A stretch of DNA of 32,000 nucleotides from an uncultured bacterium (GTDB lineage: Bacteria; Margulisbacteria; WOR-1; CAVSGV01). Shown here in pieces: positions 28,133 through 32,000 of the stretch (positions are counted from its first letter, which is position 1; each line of letters starts with the position of its first letter). The DNA is taken from the NCBI GenBank assembly GCA_963699255.1, contig OY969425.1, forward strand, positions 1,470,001 to 1,502,000, in the 5' to 3' direction. Under the pieces are notes generated by a model. The model was not told where the DNA came from. It searched no databases and worked only from the letters and a program-made list of their open reading frames with translations. The position numbers and the translations under genes are program-made.

Positions 28133-28158
28133 CCCGCCTAAGGACGGACTCTGGCGGG
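28133..28158. repeat. Related hairpin CCCGCCTAAGGACGGACTCTGGCGGG overlapping the 3' end of recA
   Basis: Shares GGACTCTGGCGGG with 28061-28095; the minus-strand reading supplies ...KPARVRP-stop of RecA. Confidence 0.85.
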
Positions 28159-29184
28159 CTTCTTTGTTTCTATTTCTTCCTTTACTTCCTTTTTGACCGG
28201 ATTCGTCACGAACTTTCTGAGATCACTCTCTATCTTTTTGGCAAGATCCTTGTTCTCTTCCAGCGCTTTCTTGCTGTTCTCCCATCCCTGTCCGATCTTT
28301 TCTTCTTTATAAGTGAACCATGCTCCGCTTTTTTCTATTATCCCTGTCGCGATGGACGTGTCCAGGAGATCCGCGGATTTCGAGATCCCTTCGCCGTGTA
28401 TCAGGGTGAACAATGCTTCCCTGAACGGAGGGGCGACTTTGTTCTTCACTACCTTTACCTTCACTTTTGTGCCTATGATCCTGTCTGCCTCCTTTATCTT
28501 TTCACTTGCTCTCACCTCAAGCCGCACTGATGAATAGAACTTTAAAGCCCTTCCGCCGGGAGTGACCTCGGGATTGCCGAACATTATCCCGATCTTTTCC
28601 CTTAACTGGTTTATGAAGATCATAACTGTATTGCTTTTGCCTATGACAGCCGTCAGCTTCCTTAATGCTTTTGACATCAGCCTGGCCTGAAGACCCATCT
28701 GGAAATCGCCCATTTCACCTTCTATTTCCGCTTTGGGGACAAGGGCGGCGACCGAGTCTACGACTATTATGTCAACAGCTCCGGACCTGATGAGCGTCTC
28801 GGCGATCTCAAGCGCCTGTTCGCCGTAATCAGGCTGGGATATCAGAAGATTGTTGATATCAACTCCCAGCTTCTGAGCGTAGACAGGCGATAGTGCGTGT
28901 TCCGCATCAATGAAGGCGGCTATTCCGCCTTTCTTTTGGGCTTCCGCTATCGCCTGCAGCGACACCGTGGTTTTTCCTCCGCCCTCCGGACCGTATATTT
29001 CTATGATCCTTCCTTTCGGGAACCCTCCTACGCCAAGCGCGATGTCCAGAGAAAATACGCCCGAGGGTATCACGTCAATATCAAGCTTTGACGCTTTGTC
29101 CATCCTCATTATGGAACCTTTGCCGCAGCTTTTTTCTATCTGCGTTATTGCCACTTCCAATGCCTTCTTTTTTTCATCAGCCAT
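28138..29184 (-). CDS. recA: Recombinase RecA
   Basis: 348 aa; [90 protein letters not shown]. Confidence 0.98.
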   Translation of the reverse strand: MADEKKKALEVAITQIEKSCGKGSIMRMDKASKLDIDVIPSGVFSLDIALGVGGFPKGRIIEIYGPEGGGKTTVSLQAIAEAQKKGGIAAFIDAEHALSPVYAQKLGVDINNLLISQPDYGEQALEIAETLIRSGAVDIIVVDSVAALVPKAEIEGEMGDFQMGLQARLMSKALRKLTAVIGKSNTVMIFINQLREKIGIMFGNPEVTPGGRALKFYSSVRLEVRASEKIKEADRIIGTKVKVKVVKNKVAPPFREALFTLIHGEGISKSADLLDTSIATGIIEKSGAWFTYKEEKIGQGWENSKKALEENKDLAKKIESDLRKFVTNPVKKEVKEEIETKKPARVRP

Positions 29185-29198
29185 GTTCTATCTCCTCC

Positions 29199-29747
29199 TT
29201 ATAATCTTATCTGTTTCAGCTCTTCATAAACCGGTCCGCTTTTCATCAAGGTGCTCTTCATCAAGGAAATATCCTTTGCTTCAAAGCTGCCAAGATCCGT
29301 ATGTTCATTCTTCTCAATGAAGTGGGACAGCGCTTCGATATCAATGTTCTCCTTGATCCGGCCTATTGTCAGGTGGGGAGAAAACTCCCTTTCTTCTTCA
29401 CCATATCCTTGTTGAGAAAGTGCATCCTCGATCTTATTGGCCAATTCTTTTAATTTCCCCGCGCCTCCATTAATGCCTGACCAGATGACCCTGGGATGCT
29501 TTGGGTCTGGAAAGGCTCCAAATCCGCCGAAGCCGATCTTTATTGACCCGAAATCTTTTACCAGCTTCGCGACGGTATCTTCAAGACTCTCGATCTTTTC
29601 ATCTTCGACATTTCCCAGGAACTTAAGCGTAATATGCATGTTCTTCTTATTGATCCATTTTATCGGACCAAGCTTGAGGCCGCCGATGAGCTTTTCTATG
29701 TTGTCTTTTATTTCATCAGGGACCTCAACGGAAAAAAACACCCTCAC
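29199..29747 (-). CDS. thpR: RNA 2',3'-cyclic phosphodiesterase (2H phosphoesterase, LigT family)
   Basis: 182 aa; two HxT/HxTx motifs, HITLKFLG and HLTIGRIK. Confidence 0.93.
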   Translation of the reverse strand: MRVFFSVEVPDEIKDNIEKLIGGLKLGPIKWINKKNMHITLKFLGNVEDEKIESLEDTVAKLVKDFGSIKIGFGGFGAFPDPKHPRVIWSGINGGAGKLKELANKIEDALSQQGYGEEEREFSPHLTIGRIKENIDIEALSHFIEKNEHTDLGSFEAKDISLMKSTLMKSGPVYEELKQIRL

Positions 29748-29757
29748 GTTCCATGCC

Positions 29758-30309
29758 TCATATTTTATTCAATACCTCGTCGCCGCCCAGATGCAGCCAG
29801 AGAAGCCCAAGAGCGGCTGCCGCCGCCTTTTCCCTTATTTCCGATCTGCCGCCGGTAAGATGAAGTTCCTTGAAAACGGTCCCCTGATCGGATGCAAGAC
29901 CGATAAAAGTAAGTCCTATTGGCTTTGGCGGGGTCGTGCTGGCGGGCCCGGCTATCCCTGTCGCGGAAAGACCGATGTCCGCCCTGTATCTTTTTCTTAT
30001 CCCTTCCGCCATTGCTATCACGACTTCCTTGCTCACGGGGCTACCCTGCGCGATCGCGCTTGCCGGCACGCCCAGCTCCATGACCTTAATCCTGTTATGG
30101 TAGCAGACGATCCCGCCGATAAAAAAATCGGAACTTCCCGGCTGGCTCGTAAGCTTGCTTGATATGAGCCCTCCCGAAAGGGATTCGGCCACAGCGACCG
30201 TCTTTTTTGTCTTCTTCAGGAGCTCGGCCACTTCTATTTCCGTTGTTTTTCCTATGACGGAGAGGACCCTTGTAAAGAAATCCTCAAGCTTTACTTCCGA
30301 TTCACCCAT
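29758..30309 (-). CDS. CinA C-terminal domain protein (nicotinamide-nucleotide amidohydrolase, PncC-like)
   Basis: 183 aa; TVAVAESLSGGLISSKLTSQPGSSDFFIGGIVCYHN..K, SATGIAGPAS...KPIGLTFIG. No N-terminal MoaB-like domain. Confidence 0.9.
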   Translation of the reverse strand: MGESEVKLEDFFTRVLSVIGKTTEIEVAELLKKTKKTVAVAESLSGGLISSKLTSQPGSSDFFIGGIVCYHNRIKVMELGVPASAIAQGSPVSKEVVIAMAEGIRKRYRADIGLSATGIAGPASTTPPKPIGLTFIGLASDQGTVFKELHLTGGRSEIREKAAAAALGLLWLHLGGDEVLNKI

Positions 30310-30817
30310 TTAGCGACTCCAAATTTTTAATGAAATATTCGATCCCTGAAACCACGGCCAGGATAACGCCGAGCCATAAGACCTGGTTCCCGTAGGGCAG
30401 GTTCAGGATCAGCATCGCGACCGCCACATCCAACAGCGCTGTTTTGTATTTCCCAAGCCTGTCGGCAGCAATTATCTTGCCGGACGAACTCGCGGCGAGC
30501 CGCAGTCCCGTAACCGCAAAATCCCTTACGATGATCACAATTACCGGTACGGACGACACCCATCTGATCTCCACCAGGCAAAGGAGAGCAGATATGACAA
30601 GTATTTTATCTGCAAGAGGGTCCATGAATTTACCCATCACAGTTTCCTGCTTGAGCCTTCTTGCAAGGTAGCCATCTATCGCGTCGGAAACCGCTACAGC
30701 GGCGAAGATCACTACAGCAATGATGCTACCATTGGGAATATTAGGCGAGAGCAGAACATAGACCAGGAGGGGGATAAATATTATTCTTAAAAAAGTTACC
30801 GAATTCGGCAGGTTCAA
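30302..30817 (-). CDS. pgsA: CDP-diacylglycerol--glycerol-3-phosphate 3-phosphatidyltransferase
   Basis: 171 aa; CDP-alcohol phosphotransferase motif SDAIDGYLARRLKQETVMGKFMDPLADKILV; MNLPNSVTFLRI N-terminus. Confidence 0.94.
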   Translation of the reverse strand: MNLPNSVTFLRIIFIPLLVYVLLSPNIPNGSIIAVVIFAAVAVSDAIDGYLARRLKQETVMGKFMDPLADKILVISALLCLVEIRWVSSVPVIVIIVRDFAVTGLRLAASSSGKIIAADRLGKYKTALLDVAVAMLILNLPYGNQVLWLGVILAVVSGIEYFIKNLESLNG

Positions 30818-32000
30818 GTAACCAGGATACCGGAAAGATCATACGGGCCTGACCCCGTGATTTTTACCGAAACTATCTTTCCGTTCGGAACACATTTATT
30901 CAGCTTAACAACGCCGTCGATATCCGGCGCATCCATGTATGAGCGCCCGATACTTCCTTCTGCCAATACCTTGATAATTTTTCCTGCCATGTTCTTTAGA
31001 GACTTTGCAGAAATCTCGCGTTGCAAGCGCATTAACTTATGAAACCTTCGATCCTTTATCCGTTCGCCAATTTGATCCCCCATTTTGGCGGCGGGAGTAC
31101 CTGATTCCCTGCTGTACTTGAAAACCCCTAGTCTCTCAAACCTCTCTTCCCTGATAAATGCAAGTAATTTATTAAAATCGGAACCTGTTTCGCCTGGAAA
31201 ACCGACGATCACTGAAGTCCTTATCGCTATCCCCGGTATTTTCCTCCTTAGTTTTTTGATTACCCGTTTAAGTTGATCTGCGGATATCCTCCGCCTCATT
31301 AGCCGAAGAATCCTATCACAGGAATGCTGGATTGGCAAGTCCAGATATCGGCATATCTTGGGCTCTTTTGCCATCACTTCGATCAGCTCGTCCGTCACAT
31401 GGGCGGGATGCGCGTACATGATGCGGATCCACTTAAGACCCTTGATCCCGGCCAGTTTCCTGCATAATATATGTAAAGAGGGCTTTCCATAGATATCCGT
31501 GCCGTACATTGTCGTGTCCTGGGCGACCAGAATGGCCTCCTTCAATCCCTTTTTAACAAGGGCTTTGACCTCGCTGACTATCGATGGCATCGGGCGGCTC
31601 TGGTACTTTCCCCTCAGGCTGGGAACGATGCAGTAGGAGCAACGATTATTGCAGCCGTCGGCTATCTTAATATATGCGTAATATTTGGGGGTTGCTTTAA
31701 GCCTTGGCGTTTTATGGGTGAAAAGGCAGTGAGTTCCCTCAAGGAGCGAAACTCGGAACCTGCGACTAAACGTCGCGGTTCCGGAAGATAGTTTTTTGGA
31801 GCCGCGGCGTTCAGCCGCAGGCTCAGCACATCGGAGCTCGTTTAGTACATGGACTATCCTATCGATCTGGCCAGGGCCGACAATGGCGTCAACTTCCTCG
31901 AATTTATCGAACAGGTCGTTTTTGTCCCTTTTTGGGAGGCATCCGGCGACCACCAGGAACTTCAGCTTCGATGCCTTGGAACCTGCGACTGAAGTCGCGG
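30814..32000 (-). CDS. rimO: Ribosomal protein S12 methylthiotransferase RimO-like; 5' end outside the window
   Basis: Radical SAM/MTTase: KFLVVAGCLPKR, YYAYIKIADGCNNRCSYCIVPSLRGKYQSRP, LVAQDTTMYGTD, YLDLPIQHSCDRILRLMRR, RTSVIVGFPGETGSDF. The frame stays open from 31953 to the window edge (ATSVAGSKASKLKFLVV). Confidence 0.9.
   Translation of the reverse strand, partial: ATSVAGSKASKLKFLVVAGCLPKRDKNDLFDKFEEVDAIVGPGQIDRIVHVLNELRCAEPAAERRGSKKLSSGTATFSRRFRVSLLEGTHCLFTHKTPRLKATPKYYAYIKIADGCNNRCSYCIVPSLRGKYQSRPMPSIVSEVKALVKKGLKEAILVAQDTTMYGTDIYGKPSLHILCRKLAGIKGLKWIRIMYAHPAHVTDELIEVMAKEPKICRYLDLPIQHSCDRILRLMRRRISADQLKRVIKKLRRKIPGIAIRTSVIVGFPGETGSDFNKLLAFIREERFERLGVFKYSRESGTPAAKMGDQIGERIKDRRFHKLMRLQREISAKSLKNMAGKIIKVLAEGSIGRSYMDAPDIDGVVKLNKCVPNGKIVSVKITGSGPYDLSGILVT
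31754..31783 (-). repeat. Palindromic element copy A inside rimO
   Basis: Minus strand C GGAACC GCGAC GTTTA GTCGC A GGTTCC G: 7-bp outer and 5-bp inner stem, single A bulge. Encodes TATFSRRFR. Confidence 0.85.
31798..31824 (+). repeat. Palindromic element copy B inside rimO, opposite orientation to A
   Basis: Plus strand G GAGCC GCGGC GTTCA GCCGC A GGCTC; same architecture as copy A. Confidence 0.8.
31978..32000 (-). repeat. Palindromic element copy C inside rimO, cut by the window edge
   Basis: Minus strand CC GCGAC TTCA GTCGC A GGTTCC; GTCGCAGGTTCC is identical to copy A. Confidence 0.8.

Noticed and set aside
29437-30162. 241-aa plus-strand ORF
   Set aside because: Antisense to thpR and cinA; no domain signature.
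1-32000. Defence island, prophage or mobile element
   Set aside because: No transposase, integrase, reverse transcriptase or known defence gene was seen; content is housekeeping apart from the paralogue pair at 1935-4869.

Overview
The window is mostly housekeeping bacterial sequence. My phylum guess, low confidence, is an Omnitrophota-like or similar uncultivated Gram-negative lineage. In order: priA 3' end, def, fmt, two tandem paralogues of unknown function with a divergent HD-like domain, secD-secF, uppP, a small EF-Tu domain-2-like protein, larA-like, UPF0280, a phosphoesterase, hisB, a LapA-like protein, ruvB, an SLT lytic transglycosylase, a pcrA/uvrD-type helicase, two paralogous beta-barrel proteins, mazG, ftsH, ftcD, valS, and the cluster ymdB-rny-recA-thpR-cinA-pgsA-rimO. 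I see no CRISPR array, tRNA, rRNA or transposase. The most unusual signal is small repetitive DNA sitting both between genes and inside essential reading frames. (1) Degenerate heptanucleotide (7-bp period) arrays occur between genes and in frame in valS (three times) and mazG. (2) A compact palindromic element occurs at least three times in rimO, with two compensatory base-pair changes between copies. (3) A CCCGCC...GGCGGG hairpin family supplies the 3' ends of mazG and recA. Four housekeeping genes (hisB, pcrA/uvrD, ftsH, ftcD) carry single-nucleotide frameshifts, and I describe each at base level. All calls come from reading the sequence; no searches were run.
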